Below, piece after piece: positions 16,988-24,732 of a stretch of 64,000 nt of DNA. The notes under the pieces are model-generated. The model did no database searches. It was not told the DNA's origin and saw only the letters and a list, made by a program, of their open reading frames with translations. The first letter of the stretch is position 1. Each line of letters starts with the position of its first letter. Origin of the DNA: Dehalococcoidia bacterium (GTDB lineage: Bacteria > Chloroflexota > Dehalococcoidia > Lucifugimonadales > JADFKI01); the NCBI GenBank assembly GCA_034421195.1, contig DAOUKP010000023.1, positions 5,710 through 69,709 of the forward strand, read 5' to 3'. The translations under genes were made by a program, and so were the position numbers.

Positions 16988-17061
16988 AACCCCCGACGGG
17001 ATTTGAACCCGCATCTAACGATAAGTGAGGTCGCTGTTTTGTCCAATTAAACTACGGGGCG
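16988..17061 (-). pseudogene. tRNA-like sequence, Val(CAC)-like cloverleaf geometry with unpaired acceptor-stem top; probable decayed tRNA
   Basis: Minus strand CGCCCCG-TA-GTTT-AATTGGAC-AAAC-A-GCGAC-CTCACTT-ATCGT-TAGAT-GCGGG-TTCAAAT-CCCGT-CGGGGGT-T. Mismatches at 1:72, 2:71 and 31:39, and T at position 37. Confidence 0.4.
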
Positions 17062-17130
17062 CAATAATCGTACAGCGGCACAATAAACTTTGCAATTTGA
17101 ATGTACATAGTAAAAGGATAACCTGCGCTG

Positions 17131-18186
17131 ATGTCGATGCAATCGGTGGCGATACGGGCTCGAACGGTAGCGCATAGCGAGACGGGCTGGGGCATCGCCG
17201 TGGTGGTTCTGTGCTGCGCGCTGTTCTTGGCTGCGCCGGGCAAGATGGTGAACGGATTGCTGCTGGGCAGCATGATTGCGCTCGGCGCTATCGGCATAAC
17301 GCTGATATACAGCATCCTGCGCTTCGCCCACATCGCGCACGGCGACTATATGACGCTGGGCGCGTACATAACGCTCTTCCTGCTCACTGTCGCGCTGCCT
17401 GCGCTTGGAATTGACGGCGCGGGCTTCGGACCGTTCACCTTCGGCTACCCGCTGCTCATAGCGCTGCCAATAACGGTTGCCGCATGCTGCGCCATCGCGG
17501 TTGCCATCGACTACTCAGTCTATGAGCGGCTGCGCGAGCGCGGCACGGGCCTGGTAGCGCTGTCTATGGTATCGCTCGGCATCGCTATCGCTGTGCGCGG
17601 CGCGATACAGATTTTGTGGGGCACAGAACCGCAGAGACTGCCGCGCGCGTCTAAACCCTTCTATCACATAGATTTTGATGTAGCGCTGCCCGGTGGCGCA
17701 GCGCTGCCATTCGACATGCGCATCCCGCCGGACAATATATTTCTCGGGTTGAGCGCCATCGCACTTGTGGGCGCACTGTACCTGTTCCTCAATCGCACTC
17801 GCACCGGCAAGGCGATGCGCGCCACATCGGACAACATAGACCTCGCGCGCGTTACGGGCATCAACACCACACGCATAATTCAGTGGACATGGATAATAGC
17901 AGCTGCCTACGCAGCAATTGCGGGAACTTTGGTAGCCGTTGCACAGGCGCAAATGCTGCCGAACTCCGGCTGGAACACGCTAATCCCGATGTTTGCGGCA
18001 GTTACGCTTGGGGGCATCGGCAAGCCCTGGGGAGCGCTGGTCGGCGGGCTGCTCATCGGCATTACGATGGAGGTGTCAACCGAGTGGATGACCCCAGCGT
18101 ACAAGCCCGCGGTGGCGTTCACCGTGATGCTGCTTGTACTGCTTGTGCGTCCAAGAGGGCTGTTCGGCGACAGGGACGGGGGCTAA
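17131..18186 (+). CDS. livH: branched-chain amino acid ABC transporter permease (LivH-type)
   Basis: GLLLGSMIALGAIGITLIYSILRFAHIAHGDYMTLGAY... typical LivH N-terminal block. The exact start is uncertain (17131 or 17137). Confidence 0.8.
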   Translation: MSMQSVAIRARTVAHSETGWGIAVVVLCCALFLAAPGKMVNGLLLGSMIALGAIGITLIYSILRFAHIAHGDYMTLGAYITLFLLTVALPALGIDGAGFGPFTFGYPLLIALPITVAACCAIAVAIDYSVYERLRERGTGLVALSMVSLGIAIAVRGAIQILWGTEPQRLPRASKPFYHIDFDVALPGGAALPFDMRIPPDNIFLGLSAIALVGALYLFLNRTRTGKAMRATSDNIDLARVTGINTTRIIQWTWIIAAAYAAIAGTLVAVAQAQMLPNSGWNTLIPMFAAVTLGGIGKPWGALVGGLLIGITMEVSTEWMTPAYKPAVAFTVMLLVLLVRPRGLFGDRDGG

Positions 18187-18216
18187 CAGGATATACAGGA
18201 TGGGCAGGATGCAGGG
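18178..18216 (+). repeat. purine-rich tandem motif GGGGGCTAACAGGATATACAGGATGGGCAGGATGCAGGGAT spanning the livH stop and the livH-livM spacer
   Basis: The TAA stop at 18184-18186 lies inside the motif. Near-identical GGGGCTAA(C/T)AGGATA strings occur at 40661 and, inverted, at 53300. Confidence 0.8.
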
Positions 18217-18219
18217 ATT

Positions 18220-19179
18220 ATGGACATAGTATATTTTCTCGCCGGCTTCGGCATTCTGGCGGGCATCTACGCCATATTCACGCTCGGGCTGAACGTACAC
18301 TGGGGATACACAGGTCTGTTCAACATAGGCGTGGCAGGGTTCTTCGCGCTTGGAGCATATACTTCCGCGCTGCTGACCACCGCGCCGCCCTCGGCCGAGT
18401 TGTTCGAGGATTTCGTATTCGGGGGCAATCTTGCCGCCGCGCTGAAGCTTGGGGTTGACGCATGGTTCGTGGTGGCGTTAGCGTGCGCCGCAGTGGTGAG
18501 CGGCATCGTCGCGCTCGTGGTGGGCGCGATTACGCTGCGTCTGCGCGACGATTACCTAGCTATATCCACACTGGGTATCGCAGAGAGCGTCCGACTGATA
18601 TTTCTCAACGAGAAGTGGCTTGGCAATGGGTCGCGAGGGCTTTACAACATTCCCAAGTTCCTTGGCGACAGGGTTTCTCCGGACCAGTATGACCTGCTGT
18701 ACTTCGTGGTAGTAGTCGTGGCGCTTGCGGCACTATACTTCGCCATTCAGCGCGCCATAGACTCACCTTGGGGCCGAGTGCTGCGCGCCATCCGTGAAGA
18801 CGAAGAGGCAACTGCTGCTGCGGGCAAAAATGTGTTCCGCTTCAAGCTGCAAGCGTTCATTCTGGGCGCGGCGGTAATGGGAATTGGGGGGGCACTCTAC
18901 GCGCACGGCTTCCGCTATGTCGATCCGTTCGTGTTCGACCCGCTGCTGGCGACTTTCATCATCTGGGTTATGCTGATGGTCGGAGGGAGCGGCAACAATC
19001 TCGGCGCTCTGCTTGGCGCGTTCATAGTATGGGGAATATGGAGCGGCACGCAGTTCCTACCGGAGGAAATCAACAACCCTAACCTGCGATTCTTCCTGAT
19101 AGGCTTCCTGCTGGTGCTGGTGATATTGCTGCGCCCCAGCGGGATGCTGGGTGAGCGGAGACGTGTGTCGGAGGGGTAA
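18220..19179 (+). CDS. livM: branched-chain amino acid ABC transporter permease (LivM-type)
   Basis: LNVHWGYTGLFNIGVAGFFALGAYTSA..., LRDDYLAISTLGIAE blocks typical of LivM. Confidence 0.8.
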   Translation: MDIVYFLAGFGILAGIYAIFTLGLNVHWGYTGLFNIGVAGFFALGAYTSALLTTAPPSAELFEDFVFGGNLAAALKLGVDAWFVVALACAAVVSGIVALVVGAITLRLRDDYLAISTLGIAESVRLIFLNEKWLGNGSRGLYNIPKFLGDRVSPDQYDLLYFVVVVVALAALYFAIQRAIDSPWGRVLRAIREDEEATAAAGKNVFRFKLQAFILGAAVMGIGGALYAHGFRYVDPFVFDPLLATFIIWVMLMVGGSGNNLGALLGAFIVWGIWSGTQFLPEEINNPNLRFFLIGFLLVLVILLRPSGMLGERRRVSEG

Positions 19180-19180
19180 A

Positions 19181-19223
19181 TTAACATCGATGAACAGGAT
19201 GGATAGGACAAGTTGATTCACCC
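19181..19223 (+). repeat. ACATCGATGAACAGGATGGATAGGACAAGTTGATTCACCC motif (truncated composite repeat) between livM and the NIPSNAP gene
   Basis: Direct reading, immediately after the livM stop at 19177-19179. Confidence 0.7.
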
Positions 19224-19246
19224 AGAAGAGAGGAAAGGACTATCTG

Positions 19247-19567
19247 ATGATATATGACATGCGAATCTATGACTTGCAGCCCGGCTCAGTGCCGCAGTAC
19301 ATGAAGGCAGTGGAAGAGGTTGCCATCAAGATACGGGATGACTACGGAGTGAAGCTCGCAGGCTGGTACTACACGGACATCGGTCCGCTGAATCGCATCG
19401 TTCACATCTGGGCATACAGGGACTATACGCACTTCGAGGAGGCGCGGGAGCAGGTGCGCTCGGACCCGCGCTGGACGAATGAATACATGCCTCGCGTGCG
19501 TGGCTTGGCGGTCAAGCAGCAGGACATGATTATGAAAGGCGCGGACTTCTTCCCGGGGCCTCAGTAA
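19247..19567 (+). CDS. NIPSNAP-family protein
   Basis: 106 aa. MIYDMRIYDLQPGS...GWYYTDIGPLNRIVHIWAYRDYTHFEEAR is the typical NIPSNAP dimeric alpha-beta barrel pattern. Confidence 0.7.
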   Translation: MIYDMRIYDLQPGSVPQYMKAVEEVAIKIRDDYGVKLAGWYYTDIGPLNRIVHIWAYRDYTHFEEAREQVRSDPRWTNEYMPRVRGLAVKQQDMIMKGADFFPGPQ

Positions 19568-19584
19568 TACCAGGTCTGGGCGTA

Positions 19585-19885
19585 GTTCATTTTCACCCCT
19601 CCAGTTTCCGCGAGGGCAGGCTCGTCCCTCATCAGGGGCTTACGATAGCGTTTCCTTTCAGGTGGGCGAATAGCGATTTCACCCCCATCCTAACCTTCCC
19701 CCGTCGAGGGGGAAGGGACCTTGTCACCTAGAAGGAAACGCTACGGGAGCTTACAGGGGTAGGTATTGAGAACAATTACGCCTGCATTTTCGATTTCACA
19801 CCCATCCCCCGCTTCCGCGAGGGCAGGCTCTAGCCTTCCCCCATCAAGGGGAAGGGACAAGATAAACAGCAATTACGCCTACCTC
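19585..19885 (+). repeat. cluster of three tandem intergenic repeat units; the middle unit (19646-19743) is the complete nested palindrome with 19-nt terminal inverted repeats
   Basis: TAGCGTTTCCTTTCAGGTG (19646-19664) and CACCTAGAAGGAAACGCTA (19725-19743), 17 of 19 complementary. They flank the CCTTCCCCC-GTCGA-GGGGGAAGG hairpin (19694-19716). Neighbouring units carry the CCCnCGC-TTCC-GCGAGGG module. Confidence 0.9.
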
Positions 19886-19913
19886 CAGCAATACAGCTAG
19901 CCGGTAGAGTAAT

Positions 19914-20816
19914 CTACTTCGGGAGGTACTTGCGGTTCACCTTCGCTACGTAGCTGAAAGTGGGGTTGACGAACTGGGTGCAGCGCGCCTCCAACACTTG
20001 CCCAAGGAAGAGGTATGCCTCCCCGCGCGTGAAGCCGTAGTCGTGCTGAAGCCACAGAATCATCTCAGATAGCGCGGTGCGGAATGCGTCCTCGGCAGGG
20101 CGCGCCATCGCGGTGGTCATGATGTGAGTGTCGTCGGTGATGCGGGGCCAGGTCATTCCGGCGGGCAGTGGAACGAGTTCGCAGCGAAGACGTACTGTGC
20201 CGCCGGTCTCGATGCCACCTGCACCGCAGATTTCGCCGTCGCCCTGACGGGCATGCATGTCGCCGATGTGCAGCAGGGCACCGGGCACATTGATCGGTAG
20301 CCACACAGACGCGCCGGTGGTAACTTCCTGTATGTCGAAGTTGCCACCCCACTCGCCTGCCCAAGCGTTCGTGCGGCGCTCGTGCTTCGGCGCGACTCCG
20401 ACCACGCCCAGCATCGGCGCTATCGGGATTTGAAGCGTGTCGGACCAAAGGATGTTGCCGTCGCGTATTTGCACGACCTTGTGGTGGCGTCCCACACCGC
20501 TGTCTCCCATCCATCCGGGCATCGCGCTCGTGCTGCCACGATAATTGGTGAAGCCGAACGGCTCGGTTTCAATCTCGCCGACATGCACCACCAGCGCCAT
20601 GCCCGGTTCCGCGCCGTTGATGTAGATGCAGCCGCTGGACGGATTGCCCGCGCGCAGCAGTTCGCGCAGGCGCTCGCCGTCAGGATGGTCGTCCAGCCAG
20701 GGGCCGCGGTTCATCTGGGTTACGACCTCGAACTCCTCTCCGGGGTCAACCCACATAGTAGGGGCATTATCGGGGCCGGTCTCGAAGTAGAGGATATCTT
20801 TGGTGGCGCGCTGCAT
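19914..20816 (-). CDS. acetamidase/formamidase-family protein
   Basis: 300 aa. GNPSSGCIYINGAEPG, WAGEWGGNFD, LHIGDMHARQGDGEICG blocks of the FmdA/AmdA family. Confidence 0.8.
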   Translation of the reverse strand: MQRATKDILYFETGPDNAPTMWVDPGEEFEVVTQMNRGPWLDDHPDGERLRELLRAGNPSSGCIYINGAEPGMALVVHVGEIETEPFGFTNYRGSTSAMPGWMGDSGVGRHHKVVQIRDGNILWSDTLQIPIAPMLGVVGVAPKHERRTNAWAGEWGGNFDIQEVTTGASVWLPINVPGALLHIGDMHARQGDGEICGAGGIETGGTVRLRCELVPLPAGMTWPRITDDTHIMTTAMARPAEDAFRTALSEMILWLQHDYGFTRGEAYLFLGQVLEARCTQFVNPTFSYVAKVNRKYLPK

Positions 20817-20907
20817 GGCAATTGCTCCTTCGTATCCGGTCAGGAATCGGCTTGTCGAGCGCTAGTATATCAGTACAACTCCAGCGTGTGATGAAGCCGC
20901 TCATTCT

Positions 20908-20916
20908 TGCTATAAT
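20908..20916 (+). promoter_or_regulatory. extended -10 promoter element TGcTATAAT for the vapB/vapC pair
   Basis: TG at 20908-20909, TATAAT at 20911-20916. GGAAGGAG RBS at 20926-20933, ATG at 20941. Confidence 0.5.
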
Positions 20917-20940
20917 CTGGAGAATGGAAGGAGTAAGACG

Positions 20941-21183
20941 ATGATTGAATCCACGATTACGGACGCCGAACAAGTAACTTTGCCTGATTCGGTGCGAGAA
21001 GCGCTTGATGTAAAGACTGGAGACAGGTTGCGCTATTACATCATCGAGGGAGAGGTGCGTGTCGTTAAGGCCGGTCCTATCAGTAGATTAAAGGGTGCGC
21101 TGAAGTACGAAGGCCCGCCCGTAAGCATTGAGGAGATGAAACGGACTATCTCCGAAGGGGCAGGCAGGAGATGGTTGGCGTAG
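20941..21183 (+). CDS. vapB: AbrB/MazE/SpoVT-fold antitoxin (VapB-type)
   Basis: 80 aa. QVTLPDSVREALDVKTGDRLRYYIIEGEVRV is the swapped-hairpin SpoVT/AbrB pattern. Overlaps the downstream PIN gene by 13 nt. Confidence 0.7.
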   Translation: MIESTITDAEQVTLPDSVREALDVKTGDRLRYYIIEGEVRVVKAGPISRLKGALKYEGPPVSIEEMKRTISEGAGRRWLA

Positions 21184-21572
21184 ATACGAACATCCTCGTT
21201 CGTTACATTGTAAGAGATGTATCGGAGCAAGTGGAGGCTGCCGACAAACTTCTCGAAAGCTTTACGGTGGACGCACAAGGATATGTGCCCCGAGAAGTCG
21301 TAATAGAAGTCATTTGGGTTCTCAGTAGGTCTTACGGATTCAATCGTACTGAAATCGCGAATGTGATTCTGGACTTAGTGGACACCGAAAGTCTCGTGGT
21401 TGAATCAGCAGATGACATTGTGCATGCAGCTGTAGCCTATGCCCGCGGCGATGGAGATTTCGCCGATCTAATGATACTCGTGGCAGCTCGACGCGCCGGA
21501 TGTGAAACGCTATACACTTTCGATCGAAAGTTCGCGCGTCTGCATGGCGTTACCCTGCTCGACACTGTCTAA
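21171..21572 (+). CDS. vapC: PIN-domain toxin VapC
   Basis: MVGVDTNILVRY..., ...DFADLMILVAARRAGCETLYTFDRKF, typical PIN acidic residues. Confidence 0.8.
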   Translation: MVGVDTNILVRYIVRDVSEQVEAADKLLESFTVDAQGYVPREVVIEVIWVLSRSYGFNRTEIANVILDLVDTESLVVESADDIVHAAVAYARGDGDFADLMILVAARRAGCETLYTFDRKFARLHGVTLLDTV

Positions 21573-21726
21573 TCGATATACCGAATTCACAACGCGCAGG
21601 GTTGCCTTTTTTATGGTTATTGGCTATAGTTTGCATACTATTTTGGGATAATCCAGCACAATTCGGCTTGACGTCCCTATATGGACTCGCGCAAAGTCGA
21701 AAAAACCTTTACAGAGGAGATAGAGC

Positions 21727-22770
21727 ATGACTACTGCGAACGGCTCAAGAGGCGATGTAGTTCTGGATGTGAACGACCTCCGAACCTACTTCGTGACACG
21801 CTGGGGCGTGGTCAAGGCGGTGGATGGCGTAAGCTTCCAACTGCGCCGCGGCGAGACCCTAGGCATTGTGGGTGAATCCGGTTCCGGCAAGTCCGTTACC
21901 TCGCTCTCTATTATGCGACTGGTGCCTTCCCCTCCGGGACATATCGTTGGTGGGCAAGTGCATCTCAGCGGAGAGGACATACTCCAGGTCGATGAGAAAG
22001 AGATGGAGAAGATTCGAGGGGACCGCATCGCTATGGTGCTACAGGACCCCATGACCGCGCTCAACCCTGTGTTCGACATTGACGACCAGGTGGGTGAGGC
22101 GCTGAAGATTCACCGCAACATGAAGGGCAACGCCTTGCGCGACCAAGTGGTCGATATGCTTCGCAAGGTTCGCATTCCCGCGCCGGAAGTCCGCATCCGC
22201 GACTATCCGCACCAGCTTTCGGGTGGCATGCGCCAGCGCGTGGTCGGCGCAATCGGCATCTCCTGCGACCCTGAGGTGCTAATCGCCGACGAGCCTACGA
22301 CTTCTTTGGATGTTACCATTCAGGCGCAGTACCTACGCCTGCTGAAGGACTTGCAAGCGGAAACGGGCGTCGGCATTATGTTCATCACGCACGACTTCGG
22401 CATCGTCGCCAAGATGTGCGACAGGGTGGCGGTGATGTACGCCGGCCGCATCGTTGAGCACGCGGATGTACGCACCATCTTCAACAATCCGAAGCACGAA
22501 TACACGAAGGCGCTCATCAACTCGGTGCCGAAGCTGGAAGAGAAGACGGGACGGCTGGCGCAGATCGAGGGCCAGCCTCCACTGCTCTACAACCTGCCGC
22601 CGGGCGACGCATTCGCAGACCGCACTCCCCTGCCGACACTTGAGAAGGACTTCCAGATTCGCCCAGAGCTGGTCGAGATCGAGCCGGACCACTGGGTGCA
22701 GCTGTCGCACTCTTCAGTAGAGGAGTTCGACAATTACAAGCACCTCGTTCCCTACGGCGCGGAGTATTAA
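21727..22770 (+). CDS. oligopeptide/dipeptide-type ABC transporter ATP-binding protein (OppD/DppD-like)
   Basis: GESGSGKSV Walker [10 protein letters not shown] signature, [11 protein letters not shown], and the C-terminal oligopeptide-ABC extension. Confidence 0.85.
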   Translation: MTTANGSRGDVVLDVNDLRTYFVTRWGVVKAVDGVSFQLRRGETLGIVGESGSGKSVTSLSIMRLVPSPPGHIVGGQVHLSGEDILQVDEKEMEKIRGDRIAMVLQDPMTALNPVFDIDDQVGEALKIHRNMKGNALRDQVVDMLRKVRIPAPEVRIRDYPHQLSGGMRQRVVGAIGISCDPEVLIADEPTTSLDVTIQAQYLRLLKDLQAETGVGIMFITHDFGIVAKMCDRVAVMYAGRIVEHADVRTIFNNPKHEYTKALINSVPKLEEKTGRLAQIEGQPPLLYNLPPGDAFADRTPLPTLEKDFQIRPELVEIEPDHWVQLSHSSVEEFDNYKHLVPYGAEY

Positions 22771-22841
22771 ATCGTGTAGTTTGGGGGCGGTCGCGAACGA
22801 TACTGAAATCTGAGTACAAAGTACAAGGCTGGTGTTAAGAC

Positions 22842-23945
22842 ATGACAACTAATGGCACTTCTTCCAACGGAGCAGTGAATCGCTTTGGCGTTGAGTCAGC
22901 CCCCGGCGTGGACAGCAATTCCGACGCCATCATATCGGTGCGCCATCTTCGCAAGTGGTTCCCGGTGGGCAACTCGTTCCTCAGCAGGAACAAGAGCATT
23001 CTGAAGGCGGTGGACGACGTCAGCTTCGACATAGAGCGCGGTAAGACGATGGGCCTCGTGGGTGAGTCGGGTTGCGGCAAGACGACTACGCTGAAGGTTA
23101 TGCTGGGTCTCGAAGAGCCGACATCCGGCCAGGTATTTTTCGAGGGAGAGGACGTTTCGACACTCAGCCGCGCCGGAAAGCGCGAGTTGCGAAGCTCGCT
23201 GCAGGCGGTGTTCCAGGACCCGTGGGCATCGCTGAACCCTCGGATGCGCGTCGGCAGCATCATCGGAGAGCCTCTTGAAGTCAACACAACGATGACCAAG
23301 AGCCAGATTTCAACCCGCGTCCAGGAACTGCTGGAAGAGGTGGGACTGCCGGCATACCAGGCATCGCTATTCCCGCACGAGTTCAGCGGCGGTCAGCGGC
23401 AGAGGATCGGCGTGGCGCGGGCACTCTCACTGAACCCGAAGGTCATCGCGCTGGACGAGCCGGTGTCCGCGCTGGACGTGTCCATTCGCGCGCAGATAAT
23501 GAACCTGCTGGTGGACCTTCAGCAGGAGCACGGGCTGGCGTACATCATGGTCGCGCACAACCTCGCGACGGTGCGGTACATGTGCGACCGGATGGCGGTG
23601 ATGTATCTCGGCGTGGTGCAGGAGATGGGCGACACGGAGAGCATCTTCAACAATCCGGTACACTTGTACACCAATGCGCTACTCTCGGCGGCGCTGCCAT
23701 CACATCCGGATATACAGCGCGAGGAGATTGTGCTGCCGGGTGAGGTCGTATCGCCGGTGGACCCGCCGGAAGGCGATGTGTTCATGACGCGCACGCCGCT
23801 GGAGGTTGACCCCAACCATGAGTATGCGAAGTCGCGCCCGCCACTGATTGAGATCGAGCCTGATCACTGGGTGGTGGAGACGCCGTGGAGCACTATCAGC
23901 AACGCGCAGGACCAAGGAGTGGACCTGACGACGCTGGTGGAGTAG
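22842..23945 (+). CDS. oligopeptide/dipeptide-type ABC transporter ATP-binding protein (OppF/DppF-like)
   Basis: GESGCGKTT, FSGGQRQRIGVARAL, IALDEPVSALD. The N-terminal 35 residues are uncertain. Confidence 0.85.
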   Translation: MTTNGTSSNGAVNRFGVESAPGVDSNSDAIISVRHLRKWFPVGNSFLSRNKSILKAVDDVSFDIERGKTMGLVGESGCGKTTTLKVMLGLEEPTSGQVFFEGEDVSTLSRAGKRELRSSLQAVFQDPWASLNPRMRVGSIIGEPLEVNTTMTKSQISTRVQELLEEVGLPAYQASLFPHEFSGGQRQRIGVARALSLNPKVIALDEPVSALDVSIRAQIMNLLVDLQQEHGLAYIMVAHNLATVRYMCDRMAVMYLGVVQEMGDTESIFNNPVHLYTNALLSAALPSHPDIQREEIVLPGEVVSPVDPPEGDVFMTRTPLEVDPNHEYAKSRPPLIEIEPDHWVVETPWSTISNAQDQGVDLTTLVE

Positions 23946-23983
23946 CTGACATCGATGTACAGAATACCCAAGATTAGATAAAA

Positions 23984-24012
23984 GAAGGGGCGGTCGAATT
24001 GACCGCCCCTTC
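23984..24012. terminator. bidirectional intrinsic terminator between convergent genes
   Basis: GAAGGGGCGGTC-GAATT-GACCGCCCCTTC (12-bp perfect stem) flanked by AAAA upstream and TGCTTT downstream. Confidence 0.7.
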
Positions 24013-24040
24013 TGCTTTATATGTGCATAGGGTAGAGGGT

Positions 24041-24574
24041 TTAGCTCACCGTGAAGGTGCCAACCTTTTTGCCATCGCAGAGGATGTCGAAAGCGCCTGC
24101 GCCAGAGGCGTTGAAGTCGTAGCTGAGGCGCCTGCCGGACGCCAGATCAATGCTCACTTCAGTAACACCCGCTTCCAAAGCGCCTCCGGCGCTGCTTATC
24201 TGGAGGCCATCGACACTGTACACGGCTTCATCTCTCTCTCCCACAAACTGAGTGGACCCCGTGCCTCCGCTAGTTGTGATTTCCCCTCCGCCCTGCAACT
24301 GCACGGCGAGGCGCACACGCTGCCCGTCGCTCACGGTGATGTCGGCAGGCTCTGCCGTACAGCGGTCGTCCGTTTTCTCCACATCTATACGGAACTGCTC
24401 GAAGGCGGCAACCGGCGAGCGATGGAACTCGCCCGACTTGTCTTCATCCTGGCGGGCGGGGCGTCGGTTGCCCGATTCCACACCGCACGCGATTAAAATC
24501 ATGCTTCCCAAAATGATGAAGACCAAGACGGAATGCAACAGTGGGATACTTCGTGATTCGCTCATAATAGGCAC
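24041..24574 (-). CDS. hypothetical lipoprotein, possibly a cupredoxin-like beta-sandwich lacking copper ligands
   Basis: Lipobox ILIACG. C-terminal pattern ...ITVSDGQRVRLAVQL...GAFDILCDGKKVGTFTVS resembles a cupredoxin strand order, but His/Met ligands are not evident. Confidence 0.45.
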   Translation of the reverse strand: MPIMSESRSIPLLHSVLVFIILGSMILIACGVESGNRRPARQDEDKSGEFHRSPVAAFEQFRIDVEKTDDRCTAEPADITVSDGQRVRLAVQLQGGGEITTSGGTGSTQFVGERDEAVYSVDGLQISSAGGALEAGVTEVSIDLASGRRLSYDFNASGAGAFDILCDGKKVGTFTVS

Positions 24575-24732
24575 CCTCGTTAGTAATCAGTTTCAGGAGG
24601 TAGAACTTGCATTAAGTCAACATTGATATGTGCATAAATTATAACGGCGCTCCGCTTAAGGTCAAGCCTGAGCGGAGCGCCAATTGCAAATCTATTTCAA
24701 CGCCGCTATTCGTTTTAGGTTCGCGTCAATCC

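Noticed and set aside
16988-17061. Reading the tRNA-like element as an initiator tRNA (C1 mismatch) or as a frameshift-suppressor-type tRNA with a 9-nt anticodon loop (alternative AGCGA/TCGTT stem).
   Set aside because: The anticodon is not CAT and it lacks the three G-C pairs of initiator anticodon stems. A second acceptor mismatch (G2/G71) argues for decay. The 9-nt-loop fold is only an alternative pairing, and I cannot score it without tools.
19585-19885. Possible CRISPR array, given three hairpin-containing repeats in a row.
   Set aside because: The units differ in sequence and length and the spacing is irregular. The same units are dispersed singly across the window, and there are no cas genes or leader.
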